DNA from: Clostridiales bacterium
GTDB lineage: Bacteria > Bacillota > Clostridia > Lachnospirales > WQUN01
Reading direction: 5' to 3'
NCBI GenBank assembly: GCA_031282635.1
Contig: JAITDJ010000092.1
Coordinates: 1 to 48,502 of the forward strand
DNA length: 48,502 nt
In this document: positions 18,689 to 29,839 of the stretch, one piece after another
Numbering within the stretch: the stretch's first letter is position 1
How the letters are laid out: the number at the start of each line of letters is the position of its first letter
Program-made: the position numbers and the translations under genes
Notes under the pieces: model-generated
Told to the model about the DNA's origin: nothing
Databases searched by the model: none
The model's input: the letters and a program-made list of their open reading frames with translations, nothing else

Positions 18689-18806
18689 ACGACGGAAAGA
18701 CGGGATTGTCCCGACCGCGCGGAGAGGTTCAATTCGGATAACATCTGAAACCATATTCCGGCGAGTATCTCCGCTATACCGTGTATGGCGATACAGGAGG
18801 TGTAAC
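18689..18806 (+). promoter_or_regulatory. Candidate L21 ribosomal-protein leader (5' UTR of rplU)
   Basis: ~118-nt untranslated leader between the promoter and the rplU RBS. A structured L21 leader is known in Firmicutes; I have not matched it to a covariance model. Confidence 0.35.
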
Positions 18807-19124
18807 ATGTACGCGATTATTTCTTCAGGCGGCAAGCAGTACAAAGTTCAGGAAGGCGACATCATCACGGTCGAAAAGCTGGGCGCTGCGGCTGGTTCCA
18901 TTTATGATTTTGAGCGGGTGCTGGCTCTGGGGGGCGGCGACGAAGGTTTAAATATCGGCGCTCCGTATGTTTCCGGAGCTAAGGTTTCGGCGTCTGTCAT
19001 CGGCGATGGCAAAGAGAAAAAGGTTATTATTTACAAGTTTAAATCCAAAAAGGGGTTTCACAAGAAGAAGGGCCACAGACAGCCTTTTACCAAACTGAAA
19101 ATCGACAAAATCATCACGGGATGA
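18807..19124 (+). CDS. rplU: 50S ribosomal protein L21
   Basis: 'MYAIISSGGKQYKVQEGDIITVEKL'. RBS aggagg 7 nt upstream. Confidence 0.97.
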   Translation: MYAIISSGGKQYKVQEGDIITVEKLGAAAGSIYDFERVLALGGGDEGLNIGAPYVSGAKVSASVIGDGKEKKVIIYKFKSKKGFHKKKGHRQPFTKLKIDKIITG

Positions 19125-19459
19125 TGATTCAGGTAAATATCAGCAGAAACAGCCGGGGCCGGATGTACGGGTTTACCGCGCGTAACCATGGCGAAGATAT
19201 CGTCTGCGCGGCGGTTTCCGCTTTGATTCTGAACGCGGTAAACTCTGTTGAGGCGTTTACCGATGAAGATATGACGGTGGACATAGATAAAAAAAACACC
19301 GGATATATAAAGCTTTATCTGCCCGATATTGAGGCGGGGAACGATAACAGCGACGCGGATTTGCTGCTGTCCTCTATGCTTCTGGGGCTTGAGCATATTC
19401 AAGAACAGTATCCCGGGCAAATTTGTATTGAGGATTACCAAATTGAGGATTACCAATAA
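19121..19459 (+). CDS. prp: Ribosomal-processing cysteine protease Prp
   Basis: '[28 protein letters not shown]'. Located between rplU and rpmA. ATGA overlap with the rplU stop. The C-terminus ends in the duplicated [10 protein letters not shown]. Confidence 0.9.
   Translation: MMIQVNISRNSRGRMYGFTARNHGEDIVCAAVSALILNAVNSVEAFTDEDMTVDIDKKNTGYIKLYLPDIEAGNDNSDADLLLSSMLLGLEHIQEQYPGQICIEDYQIEDYQ
19427..19456 (+). repeat. Perfect 2 x 15-bp in-frame tandem duplication at the 3' end of prp ([10 protein letters not shown])
   Basis: attgaggattaccaa occurs twice, immediately before the TAA. Confidence 0.9.
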
Positions 19460-19475
19460 GAAAGGGGCGTTGAGA

Positions 19476-21043
<1,568 letters not shown>

Positions 21044-21044
21044 A

Positions 21045-21078
21045 AGCCGTCTGGATTGCTTAAGCCATTCAGACGGCT
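21045..21078. terminator. Bidirectional intrinsic terminator between obg and the convergent gene
   Basis: agccgtctg ... cagacggct form a 9-bp stem, followed by cttatttt. Confidence 0.6.
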
Positions 21079-21084
21079 CTTATT

Positions 21085-22038
21085 TTACTGAATTCCGCGC
21101 AGATCGATTTTTGCCGCGATGTCCACGCCAATCCGGCCGTCGGCCTGCAGCAGGTAAGAGTACGCTTTGCCGTCATTGCCGATGAACGTAAGGGCGGTGT
21201 GGGGAACGCCTTCCGGCAAAACCGTTGACAGAACCAGTATGCTGTTCGCCTTCAACGGGGCCGCGTATAATTGTTTACTGACAGTGAACGTAAAATTACC
21301 ATTATTATCTGTATAGCCTACTCTGTAAATCCGCACTTCCTTAACGCCGTCCCTGGCGTGAATCCAAACGTTTTCGCCATTCATATCGGGATCTTTTACT
21401 TTTATTAAATTATAGTTTTCGGATACGCACATATTAAGATCGTGTTCGCTATAAACATAGACCGGGCAAGCGCCCGCATACCCGCTGGGCGTTGGAAATT
21501 CTTTCATTCCAGGCTCAGTCTTTTTGATTTCCCCGATTACAACACTGGTGCGCGCGTTACCGGGATCATCGCTGAAACGTTTAATCTCGTAACCCATAGC
21601 GGCTAAAACATCGCGGATAGAACCCCAGTTATAGTTATAATCCGTCAGGAAAACCCACCCGGGTTCGCCGGGATAAATGAATTTGCCGGTCTTATCGCTT
21701 ATACGGGTAATATTGAACTGGACTTTAACCGTCGCGACGCCGGGAAAAGCGATGGGCGCGTACGGTATATTCCGTGGTTCGGTTACAATCTGATAACCAT
21801 ACTCGTCGCTTATGACAGATCCGCCGCAAGCTTGGACTAATGAACGTAATTGAGCTACGTTGTAGCCTCGGATACGGAAAGTGTCTATAGTTGTTTTGGC
21901 CGCTTTTCCATCTTCCCGTTCGACTGTCAATTTGTTCGGGGTAATAGTCGCTTCACTGTATGTTTGCGAGGCCAGAACCTCTTTGGCTGTCAGAGCGCCA
22001 AACAATACGACTGCAGCGAATAAAAATTTTTTTAACAT
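21085..22038 (-). CDS. Secreted protein of unknown function
   Basis: Signal peptide 'MLKKFLFAAVVLFGALTAKEVLA'. RBS ggagaa before ATG 22038. I recognise no family motif. Confidence 0.6.
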   Translation of the reverse strand: MLKKFLFAAVVLFGALTAKEVLASQTYSEATITPNKLTVEREDGKAAKTTIDTFRIRGYNVAQLRSLVQACGGSVISDEYGYQIVTEPRNIPYAPIAFPGVATVKVQFNITRISDKTGKFIYPGEPGWVFLTDYNYNWGSIRDVLAAMGYEIKRFSDDPGNARTSVVIGEIKKTEPGMKEFPTPSGYAGACPVYVYSEHDLNMCVSENYNLIKVKDPDMNGENVWIHARDGVKEVRIYRVGYTDNNGNFTFTVSKQLYAAPLKANSILVLSTVLPEGVPHTALTFIGNDGKAYSYLLQADGRIGVDIAAKIDLRGIQ

Positions 22039-22199
22039 AGTACTTCTCCTCGTAAGATATCTTAACATATACCGATATTACTTACAACATTTTCCTAATT
22101 AATTATATGCGACGCCCGGGCATTTTGGTATTCCGGACGCCGCCAGTTGCAAAAAAACGTGTTCGGAGCTATAATAAACGTATTAATTCAAAGGGGGCT

Positions 22200-23351
22200 G
22201 TGAAATTGCAGTGTAGGCCATATGGAAAGACCGGCTGGGCAGTGTCGCTTTTAGGCATGGGGTGTATGCGTCTGCCAAGGTTGGACAACGGCCGGGTGGA
22301 TCGTCAAAAGGCGTATGAACTTATTCGTTACGCCGCTGATCACGGCGTCAATTATTTTGATACGGCTTTTGGCTATCATGGGCGGACAAGCGAGGAAGTG
22401 CTGGGCGAGGCCCTTGAGGGCGGCCGGCGTGAACGCGTGATAATCGCCACAAAACAACCGTTTGGTGAAATGAAGACACAGGCCGATATTCGGCGCAATT
22501 TGGAAAACACGCTGAAAAAGCTCAGAACGGATTATCTTGATGTTTACCTGATTCACGGTATAAACGGAGGTATATGGGCGGATATTAAAAAGCGCGAGAT
22601 TTTAAAGGAATACGAGAAATTTCGTGACGAGGGCCTGATAAGGGCAATAGCTTTTTCATATCACGGCGGATATGACGCGTTCGAAGAAATTCTTGACGCA
22701 TACGATTGGGACATGTGTCAGGTTCAGCATAATTTTATGGACACAAATCGTGAGGTTACTGTGAAAGGTATTGAACTGGCGGGAAAAAAGGGCTGCGCGC
22801 TGGTTGTGATGGAACCGCTTAGGGGAGGTAATCTGAGCAAGGCGACCGAAAGCGTAGGCGCCATTTATGACAAGGCAAGCGTAAAGCGCTCGCCTGTGGA
22901 ATGGGCTTTTCGATATATTGCGAATTTCCCGCAGGTCAGTACTATTTTAAGCGGCATGACCACAATGGAGCAATTGAAGGAAAATTTGGAAATCTTTTCA
23001 CGAGAGGATGTTACGTCTGGTAAACTGCGGGACGAGGATTTAGTGATGCTCGCGAAAGTAAAGGCGGCGTATGAGTCCGCTGCAGCTACTCCGTGTACGG
23101 GCTGTGAATATTGCCTGCCATGTCCTCAGAATGTAAGCATTCCCACTGTATTTGACAGATATAATACTGCTAAAATGTTTGACGCGCTTGATCCGTCCCG
23201 CCGGACATACATGTTTTTAACGCGCGCGGGCGCCGACGCTTCCAATTGTGTTGAATGCGGGGCGTGTGAAGCAAAATGTCCGCAAGGCATTAAAATTATT
23301 GAAGAGCTGAAAACAGCACATGAACTGCTGAACGGCTGGTATGAAGAATAG
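22200..23351 (+). CDS. Aldo/keto reductase with C-terminal 4Fe-4S ferredoxin domain
   Basis: 'LLGMGCMRLP', 'NYFDTAFGYHGRTSEEVLGEAL', C-terminal 'CTGCEYCLPCP' and 'CVECGACEAKCP'. GTG 22200 follows the RBS aaggggg; the ORF is open from 22107. Confidence 0.85.
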   Translation: MKLQCRPYGKTGWAVSLLGMGCMRLPRLDNGRVDRQKAYELIRYAADHGVNYFDTAFGYHGRTSEEVLGEALEGGRRERVIIATKQPFGEMKTQADIRRNLENTLKKLRTDYLDVYLIHGINGGIWADIKKREILKEYEKFRDEGLIRAIAFSYHGGYDAFEEILDAYDWDMCQVQHNFMDTNREVTVKGIELAGKKGCALVVMEPLRGGNLSKATESVGAIYDKASVKRSPVEWAFRYIANFPQVSTILSGMTTMEQLKENLEIFSREDVTSGKLRDEDLVMLAKVKAAYESAAATPCTGCEYCLPCPQNVSIPTVFDRYNTAKMFDALDPSRRTYMFLTRAGADASNCVECGACEAKCPQGIKIIEELKTAHELLNGWYEE

Positions 23352-23360
23352 GGGTTATGT

Positions 23361-23396
23361 AAAAACAGTCCGGAACTATTGTTCCAGACTGTTTTT
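23361..23396. terminator. Bidirectional intrinsic terminator
   Basis: aaaaacagtccggaac tatt gttccagactgttttt form a 16-bp stem with one mismatch. A-run and T-run flanks allow function on both strands. Confidence 0.75.
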
Positions 23397-23428
23397 ATTA
23401 GCGGCGTTTTATTTTTCAGCCTCACCGG

Positions 23429-24430
23429 TTATCTAAAAAGCCCCAGCGCGCTGTCCAGTATATACCGGTCATCCTCCGTAAAATATTCCGCGGCGGCTTC
23501 GGCGGACAGGTTAAAAAATTTGTTTGTATCGCCGGTTACGCCATTATTGGTAGCATCCAGCGTAAACCATCGGCCATCCGCGTATACCCGGTTCCACGCA
23601 TGGGGGCCGGTTCCGTTTAAAACCCCTGTGACCACGATACTCGAAAGCCCCGCCCTGTTCGCGAGCACTTTAAACGCCTCGGCGTACGACTGGCACACGC
23701 CGCGATGATTTATCAAAACGCCGTAGGCGGTCTGGCTGTATTTATATGTATCGGAAATTATTTTACCGCTCGGCAGGTTCAACAAATCCGCTTTGGCGTC
23801 TATGTCGTATACGGAGGATTCGCAAAGATAATTATTGATGGCTTCGGCCTTTTGATAATCAGACATGCCAAGGGTTGTTATCCGGCTCAGAACAGATCCC
23901 GCTTCGATCGCAATATCTTCTTGCAGCAGACGCTGTTCGTCCGCCGATAAGGCGTAAGGGATCTGTAATGTCAGCGTGTTGAAATCGCACATAATCTGAT
24001 TCAGTTCTACGCCGCCGATATTAGCGTTATTTTGGTAGTAGGCCTCGGTAAGGGCGTCCAGCAGCGCGGGTATATCGGCGGCCTCCGGGAAATCTTTCAA
24101 TGAGAATTCTTCGGAGCGGTTAACCAATTGCAGAGCTATGTATTCTGACATCGGCGAGTTTGCATATATGTTCGTCATTACATAGTCGTGCGAACTTATG
24201 TATTCTGTTTCATCGGACGCGCCGGCGGCATCCAAAGACTCGGCGTATCTTTCATACACGGGAATCTCCAATATATCTGCGGTTTCGCTGTTTTCCGCGC
24301 TAATCGCGCCGGCGTACGCCTGAGACGCGCGGCGTAAACTGACTGCCCAATTCCGATTAGGTTCTGAAAAACCGGCAAACACCGAGATTAGGAGGAACAT
24401 CGCGAATGTGGCGGCGAGTATTCGTTTCAC
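23429..24430 (-). CDS. Secreted transglutaminase-like (Cys-His-Asp) domain protein
   Basis: Signal peptide 'MKRILAATFAMFLLISVFA'. Core 'GVCQSYAEAF...GPHAWNRVY...FTLDATNN'. Confidence 0.8.
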   Translation of the reverse strand: MKRILAATFAMFLLISVFAGFSEPNRNWAVSLRRASQAYAGAISAENSETADILEIPVYERYAESLDAAGASDETEYISSHDYVMTNIYANSPMSEYIALQLVNRSEEFSLKDFPEAADIPALLDALTEAYYQNNANIGGVELNQIMCDFNTLTLQIPYALSADEQRLLQEDIAIEAGSVLSRITTLGMSDYQKAEAINNYLCESSVYDIDAKADLLNLPSGKIISDTYKYSQTAYGVLINHRGVCQSYAEAFKVLANRAGLSSIVVTGVLNGTGPHAWNRVYADGRWFTLDATNNGVTGDTNKFFNLSAEAAAEYFTEDDRYILDSALGLFR

Positions 24431-24630
24431 AATATAATCATCCTCCGCTGCTAATATTAGTATAAGTATTCGTCAGACATCCGGCTGCGCACAGCGCGAG
24501 ATATATGGGAAGCTGAACAGTCGAAAACGCCGTATACGACATTTTTCGATTTTATTCGTTTTAAATGTAAAATTTTTATAAATAAATTATATAATTTTGT
24601 ATTAAGTTCTGTCAATGAAAACTTATATCT

Positions 24631-24658
24631 TTTACACTCGAGGGCCATATGGTATACT
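24631..24658 (+). promoter_or_regulatory. Sigma-A-type promoter upstream of ppk2
   Basis: TTTACA (24631-24636), 16-nt spacer, TGgTATACT (-10 at 24653-24658). Confidence 0.5.
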
Positions 24659-24688
24659 CTTAAAAGATAAACACGGAAGGGGAAAATT

Positions 24689-26173
24689 ATGCTGGACAAA
24701 ATTGATTTAAGCCAGTCCATGGACAGGGCGGCGTACCGGCGTGAGATAAAAACTCTTGAAAAACGCATGTCTGAGCTGCAGCAGCCTATAAAAGATTTCG
24801 GCATTCCGGTAATGATTGTGTTTGAGGGATGGAGCGCGTCCGGGAAGGGTACGTTGATAAGCAGGATTTTATATCCGCTGGATCCCAGGCAGTTTAATGT
24901 TCACACAATGGGCAAAACCCCGGAAGAATGGGTCATGAGGCCATTTCTTTGGCCGTATTGGACGCGTATTCCCGCCAAAGGACGCATCTCTATTTTTGAC
25001 AAAAGCTGGCATCGCGTCATTATGCCGGAATATGCACAGAGGCTGCGATTGAGCGCCAGGGCCAAATCGGAATTCTACTATGACGTAAACGCGTTCGAAC
25101 AGCAGCTGCGCGACGACGACGTTGTTATAATCAAATTATTTCTGCATATAAGCAAAGAGACACAGCGTCAGCGTTTCAAAGAACTTGAAAAAAATCCGGG
25201 CTCGGCTTGGCGCGTAGACGAGCACGACTGGGAACAGAATAAGAATTACAGCGGTTATTTAAAGCGCTTTGACGAGATGATAAACCATTCCAACTACAGT
25301 GGCAGCAGATGGTCAGTCATTGAGGCGGATGACAGCAAATACGCCGCGGTAAAGTGTTTGAACATTATCAGCGAGCGTATTGAGCGGGAGATCAAGCGTT
25401 TATCGGAAACAGCAGACAGGGAGTCACGGCCCGAGCTGCCGGCGGCCATATATCCTCAGGCGGACATTCTGGGCGCGGTGGATCTCAGCAAAGGTTTCGA
25501 AGAAAAGGAATACAGGGAACGCGTTGAAAAACTTCAGGCCAGAATTTCCGAACTGGGGTTCAGGCTTTATAAGGTTCGCAAATCGGTTATCATCGTATAC
25601 GAGGGCTGGGACGCCGCCGGTAAAGGCGGTAATATCAAGCGCCTGACCGAGCGCATGGATCCCCGCGCGTACGAGGTGATACCGATCGGAGCGCCCAGCG
25701 CCGAGGAACTGGCGCATCATTATATGTGGCGGTTCATGAACAAAATGCCTAAAGATGGGCATGTGGCGATATTCGACCGCTCGTGGTACGGACGTGTAAT
25801 GGTTGAGCGGATAGAGAGGTTAACGCCGCCCGAACGCTGGCAGAACGCTTATCAGGAAATAAACGATACAGAGCGCCATTTGGCCAACCATGGATCAATT
25901 ATATTCAAGTTCTGGCTGCATATTGATAAGGACGAACAGCTGGCGCGGTTTGAGGCCAGGCGGAAAGACCCTGTAAAACAATACAAAATAACGGATGAAG
26001 ACTGGCGCAACCGCGAAAAGTGGGATTATTATGAAAATGCCATAAATGAGATGCTGCTGAAGACAGATACGGAATACGCGCCATGGACTATTGTGGAGTC
26101 CAATGATAAGAGATACGCCAGGGTAAAGACACTGGAGATTGTTGTAAATGAGTTGGAAAAACAACTGGACTGA
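24689..26173 (+). CDS. ppk2: Two-domain polyphosphate kinase 2 (polyphosphate:AMP/NMP phosphotransferase type)
   Basis: Two PPK2 repeats with P-loops 'VFEGWSASGKGT' and 'VYEGWDAAGKGG', each followed by 'FDRSWY/FDKSWH'. Confidence 0.9.
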   Translation: MLDKIDLSQSMDRAAYRREIKTLEKRMSELQQPIKDFGIPVMIVFEGWSASGKGTLISRILYPLDPRQFNVHTMGKTPEEWVMRPFLWPYWTRIPAKGRISIFDKSWHRVIMPEYAQRLRLSARAKSEFYYDVNAFEQQLRDDDVVIIKLFLHISKETQRQRFKELEKNPGSAWRVDEHDWEQNKNYSGYLKRFDEMINHSNYSGSRWSVIEADDSKYAAVKCLNIISERIEREIKRLSETADRESRPELPAAIYPQADILGAVDLSKGFEEKEYRERVEKLQARISELGFRLYKVRKSVIIVYEGWDAAGKGGNIKRLTERMDPRAYEVIPIGAPSAEELAHHYMWRFMNKMPKDGHVAIFDRSWYGRVMVERIERLTPPERWQNAYQEINDTERHLANHGSIIFKFWLHIDKDEQLARFEARRKDPVKQYKITDEDWRNREKWDYYENAINEMLLKTDTEYAPWTIVESNDKRYARVKTLEIVVNELEKQLD

Positions 26174-26185
26174 CCGGGGGACTGT

Positions 26186-26656
26186 ATGCAAAAGCTTAAG
26201 TTGTACCGCAAGCGTTTTATTCCGGATGAAACGATAGAACTGAAAGACGATCGGATTGTGCGTGCGGATGAAGGTATAATCGTTACAAAGTGGAAGACTA
26301 TAAATCCAAGAACGGATTTCAGTCACGGCGTTTCATGCTATTTTCCGGCGCTCGGTTGGAAAATAAGCAGATTTTTGGATGACTCCGGCCGATGCGCGTA
26401 CACTTACTGCGATATTATAGATTATGTGTTCACAGAAGAGGATAACAGCATACTGATAAGCGATTTACTCGTAGATATAATTGTATATAACAACGGTCTG
26501 GTTAAGGTGCTGGACATGGAAGAGCTGGCCGAGGCGATGGAAACGGGCTTGATTGACGCGCGGCTGGTCGCCAGGGCGTTAAGACGGGCAGGCCGCCTGC
26601 TGGATGTAATTTATAGCGGCCGCCTGCCGGAGTATACGGGTTATCTGCCTGTATGA
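26186..26656 (+). CDS. DUF402-family protein (nucleoside tri/diphosphatase-like)
   Basis: 'YTYCDIIDY...ISDLLVDIIVYNNGLVKVLDMEELAEA' resembles the DUF402 core (D-L-x-L-D ... LD-x-D/E-E-L). Confidence 0.6.
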   Translation: MQKLKLYRKRFIPDETIELKDDRIVRADEGIIVTKWKTINPRTDFSHGVSCYFPALGWKISRFLDDSGRCAYTYCDIIDYVFTEEDNSILISDLLVDIIVYNNGLVKVLDMEELAEAMETGLIDARLVARALRRAGRLLDVIYSGRLPEYTGYLPV

Positions 26657-27348
26657 GCGCCGGGACGCATGAGGGTCACCGCGCGCGTATGCGTGAGCGT
26701 TTCCTGAACGGCAGCGGGCTGGATTCGTTCGCCGAACATGAGGCGCTGGAACTGTTGCTGTTCTACTGTATATCACGTAAAGACACAAATGAGTTGGCGC
26801 ACAGGATGCTGCGGGAATACGGCAGCCTGGCGAACCTGTTTGACGCCCATCCGAGGGATGTTGCCAGACGCTGCGAGATCAATGAGAATACGGCGGTGCT
26901 GCTCAGTCTGATACCACAGCTCAGCAAGCGCTATCTTCAGAGCAAGTGGAATAAAAGCGTACGCCTGGTTTCACCTCAGTCTGCGGGACGCTACCTGATA
27001 GATCTGTTTGCCGCCAGAAGCACCGAGGCGTTTTATATCCTCTGCCTTGACGCGCGGCGCGGGCTTAACGGCGCCGTGTTAGTTAATGAGGGCACTGTGG
27101 ACGAAGCGCCGGTATATATCCGCAACATAGTCGAAACGGCGCTGCTGTACAACGCGGTTAACGTGGTGCTGTCACATAACCATCCCGGCGGTTCGGTCTC
27201 GGCCTCCGGCGCCGATATTGAGGCGACGCGGCAGATTATACGCGCGTTTGAAATGTTAAGTATATGTGTGCTGGATCATATTGTGGTGGCTTGCGGCAGG
27301 TATTTCAGTTTTGCCGAAAACGGAGGCCTGCTGGGTTTGAGGTATTAA
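26653..27348 (+). CDS. radC: RadC-family JAB/MPN domain protein
   Basis: 'GHRARMRERF', 'EALELLLFY', JAMM motif 'LSHNHPGGSVSASGADIEAT'. ATGA overlap with the upstream stop. Confidence 0.9.
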   Translation: MSAGTHEGHRARMRERFLNGSGLDSFAEHEALELLLFYCISRKDTNELAHRMLREYGSLANLFDAHPRDVARRCEINENTAVLLSLIPQLSKRYLQSKWNKSVRLVSPQSAGRYLIDLFAARSTEAFYILCLDARRGLNGAVLVNEGTVDEAPVYIRNIVETALLYNAVNVVLSHNHPGGSVSASGADIEATRQIIRAFEMLSICVLDHIVVACGRYFSFAENGGLLGLRY

Positions 27349-27371
27349 TAATATATTGCAGGAGGTTTATA

Positions 27372-27605
27372 ATGGAAGCTAGGAAGCTCTATAAATCAAG
27401 GAAAGATATAAAGATCGACGGCGTGTGCGCGGGCGTCGCGAAATATTTCAATATCGACGTCACTCTTGTGCGGCTTATATGGCTGTTAGTCGCGATCTTC
27501 GGGGGCGCCGGGGCGCTGGTTTATATTGTATGCATGATTGTTATGCCCAGGGAGCCGGACGTGGCGGATTATACGGGCGGCGGATATAATAATCAGCATA
27601 ATTAA
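27372..27605 (+). CDS. PspC-domain membrane protein
   Basis: 'LYKSRKDIKIDGVCAGVAKYFNIDVTLVRLIWLL' followed by a TM helix. RBS ggagg. Confidence 0.85.
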   Translation: MEARKLYKSRKDIKIDGVCAGVAKYFNIDVTLVRLIWLLVAIFGGAGALVYIVCMIVMPREPDVADYTGGGYNNQHN

Positions 27606-27624
27606 CGGTAAAGATAAAATAGTA

Positions 27625-27652
27625 AAGCTAAAATAAAAAAGCTAAAATAAAA
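27625..27652. repeat. Perfect 2 x 14-bp tandem repeat (aagctaaaataaaa)
   Basis: Read directly; intergenic, downstream of the PspC gene. Confidence 0.9.
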
Positions 27653-27822
27653 GGCGCCGGGAGGATTATTTCCCGACGCTTTCGCGCGTCATTAACGGGG
27701 CGTTTATTTCACCGCCCGAAAATAGCTTTAGTGAAAAAGCAAAAAAACAAATGTTTTGTTTGGTATATTTGATATATATTTTTCCTTAATATATAACAAA
27801 ATAAAAAAATTATATAACAATA

Positions 27823-27851
27823 TTGACATACGTCAGGTGAATAATATATAC
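27823..27851 (+). promoter_or_regulatory. Sigma-A-type promoter of first ABC importer operon
   Basis: TTGACA (27823-27828), 16-17 nt spacer, TATATA/ATATAC. Confidence 0.5.
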
Positions 27852-27884
27852 TAATAATAAATAGTGAATAAAGGGGTGATTGTT

Positions 27885-28829
27885 TTGAAGAGAGCTGATA
27901 CAATCCGCTCTCCTGTTCAGCGTTTGCTGCGTAATATTCGGGCTTATCGGGCGTTGCTGCTTATGTTGCTGCCGGGCGTCGTCGTTTTTTTTCTATTCAA
28001 TTATCTGCCAATGTTCGGCGTGATAATCGCTTTTAAAAAAATCGATTATTCTCTGGGCATTTTACGCAGCCCTTTCGTATGGCTTGACAACTTCCGTTTT
28101 CTCTTTGCGACCTCCGACGCATGGCGTATAACCCGCAACACACTTATATATAATTTGGTTTTTATTGCCTGTGATGTTTTTTTAGCTGTTGGAATAGCTG
28201 TTTTAATGCGGGAAATATGGCGTCCGGCAGCGTCTAAACTATATCAAACCATAATAATTATGCCCTATTTCCTATCAATGGTAGTGGTGGCGTATCTGGC
28301 CTACGGCTTTCTGAACCCCGATTACGGATACTTCAACAAGCTGCTGGAATCGTTGGGGTTAAACAAAATACAGTGGTATTATGAGCCGAAATATTGGCCG
28401 TTCATTCTGCCGTTTATCCATTTTTGGAAATCGCTGGGGTATCGATCGGTGGTGTATCTTGCGGCCATAGCCGGGCTCGACAAGGAATTATACGAAGCCG
28501 CCGTGATAGACGGCGCCGGTAAATGGGCCCAAATGACCCGGATTACCCTGCCGCAGCTCATCCCTACAATGGTAGTCATGTTCCTTTTGGCGCTGGGTAA
28601 TATATTCCGCGCCGATTTCGGCCTGTTTTATCAAGTAACTATGAATTCGGCCATGCTTTATAATGTTACCGATGTAATTGACACATATGTGTACCGCGCG
28701 TTAATCCAGATGAACAACATCGGGATGTCGTCCGCGGCAAGCGTGTATCAGTCTGTTGTCGGCGCCATTACCGTAATATGCGCGAATCTGATTGTCCGCA
28801 AGCTGGATTCGTCACAGGCCTTGTTTTAG
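27885..28829 (+). CDS. Carbohydrate ABC transporter permease (LplB-like)
   Basis: 'FNYLPMFGVIIAFK', EAA-like 'LYEAAVIDGAGKWAQMTRITLP'. TTG 27885 lies 8 nt after AAGGGG; the ORF is open from GTG 27864. Confidence 0.85.
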   Translation: MKRADTIRSPVQRLLRNIRAYRALLLMLLPGVVVFFLFNYLPMFGVIIAFKKIDYSLGILRSPFVWLDNFRFLFATSDAWRITRNTLIYNLVFIACDVFLAVGIAVLMREIWRPAASKLYQTIIIMPYFLSMVVVAYLAYGFLNPDYGYFNKLLESLGLNKIQWYYEPKYWPFILPFIHFWKSLGYRSVVYLAAIAGLDKELYEAAVIDGAGKWAQMTRITLPQLIPTMVVMFLLALGNIFRADFGLFYQVTMNSAMLYNVTDVIDTYVYRALIQMNNIGMSSAASVYQSVVGAITVICANLIVRKLDSSQALF

Positions 28830-28839
28830 GGGGGTACGT

Positions 28840-29787
28840 ATGAGTCGAAACAGTGAAGCCGCTGTACAAGCGGCGTCTAAGGATTTGCGGAACCGTGCGC
28901 CTTGGTACGTGAATGTTATTCTTCATATTGTGTTCTCTATATTCGCGTTCCTGTGCCTTGCGCCTCTGTTACTGCTGGTTATGGTTTCCTTAACGCCCGA
29001 GACGGTTTTATTACGGAACGGATACAGTTTTTTTCCGGAAACGTTCACACTGGAGGCTTATCGGTTTTTATTCCAGAAAGCCGGCATGGTTTTTAACGCG
29101 TACGGAGTCACGATTTTCATCGTTATACTGGGCACGGCGTCCTCTTTATTGATCACCGCGCTTTACGCGTACCCTATCTCAAGGCTGGACTTTCCGTTCG
29201 CCAGGTTTTTTTCGCTGTTCATCGTTATAACGCTGCTGTTCAGCGGCGGTCTGACCGCCAGCTATCTGATCAACGTCAGAGCGCTGGGGCTGCGCAACTC
29301 AATATGGGCTCTTATTTTACCCGGTCTGGCAAACGCGTTTCATATTATTATCGCGCGTACGTTTTTCCGGCTCAGTATTCCGACTTCTCTGATGGAATCC
29401 GCCCGCATTGACGGCGCCGGAGAGTGGCGTATCCTATTTCGTATTGTGCTTCCGCTGTCTCTGCCGCTGCTGGCCACGTTAGGGCTGTTCTGTACCTTCA
29501 GTTTTTGGAACGATTGGTTCAGGGCGCTTCTTTATATTGAAAACAGACAGCTTTATCCTTTGCAGTACGTTATGATGCGCGCGCTTATGAATTTGCAGGA
29601 ACTCCAGAAGAATATCGCCTCCGGCGCTATGAATTCCGAAGAAGCCATGAAAATACTGGCTGAAATGCCTTCGGAAACGCTGCGCATGGCAATGGCGATT
29701 GTGGCTATAGGGCCGATTATTGCGGTTTATCCGTTCTTCCAGCGTTACTTTATCAGCGGATTGACGGTCGGCGCTGTAAAAGGCTGA
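28840..29787 (+). CDS. Carbohydrate ABC transporter permease (LplC-like)
   Basis: 'ESARIDGAGEWRILFRIVLPLS' EAA loop, six TM segments. ATG 28840 follows a G-rich RBS. Confidence 0.85.
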   Translation: MSRNSEAAVQAASKDLRNRAPWYVNVILHIVFSIFAFLCLAPLLLLVMVSLTPETVLLRNGYSFFPETFTLEAYRFLFQKAGMVFNAYGVTIFIVILGTASSLLITALYAYPISRLDFPFARFFSLFIVITLLFSGGLTASYLINVRALGLRNSIWALILPGLANAFHIIIARTFFRLSIPTSLMESARIDGAGEWRILFRIVLPLSLPLLATLGLFCTFSFWNDWFRALLYIENRQLYPLQYVMMRALMNLQELQKNIASGAMNSEEAMKILAEMPSETLRMAMAIVAIGPIIAVYPFFQRYFISGLTVGAVKG

Positions 29788-29839
29788 TTTCAACTTTATT
29801 TGGTATTTATTTAACTTTAATTTAAGGGAGACATTATTT

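Noticed and set aside
18720-18745. The T-loop-like gaggttcaattcgg segment as a possible tRNA fragment.
   Set aside because: There is no acceptor stem or anticodon arm around it, and it lies inside the rplU leader.
18627-18806. The N-terminal 60-aa extension of the L21 ORF.
   Set aside because: The conserved L21 N-terminus MYAII starts at ATG 18807, directly after an AGGAGG RBS. The upstream open frame overlaps the promoter and leader and is better explained as 5' UTR.
24457-24804. A 115-aa minus-strand ORF in the region between the transglutaminase-like gene and ppk2.
   Set aside because: It overlaps the ppk2 promoter and 5' coding region. Its composition is AT-driven and it has no RBS or motif.
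27709-27903. A 64-aa minus-strand ORF in the AT-rich region upstream of the first ABC operon.
   Set aside because: It lies over the predicted promoter and start of the permease gene. Its Ile/Tyr/Phe-rich sequence is typical of random AT-rich DNA.
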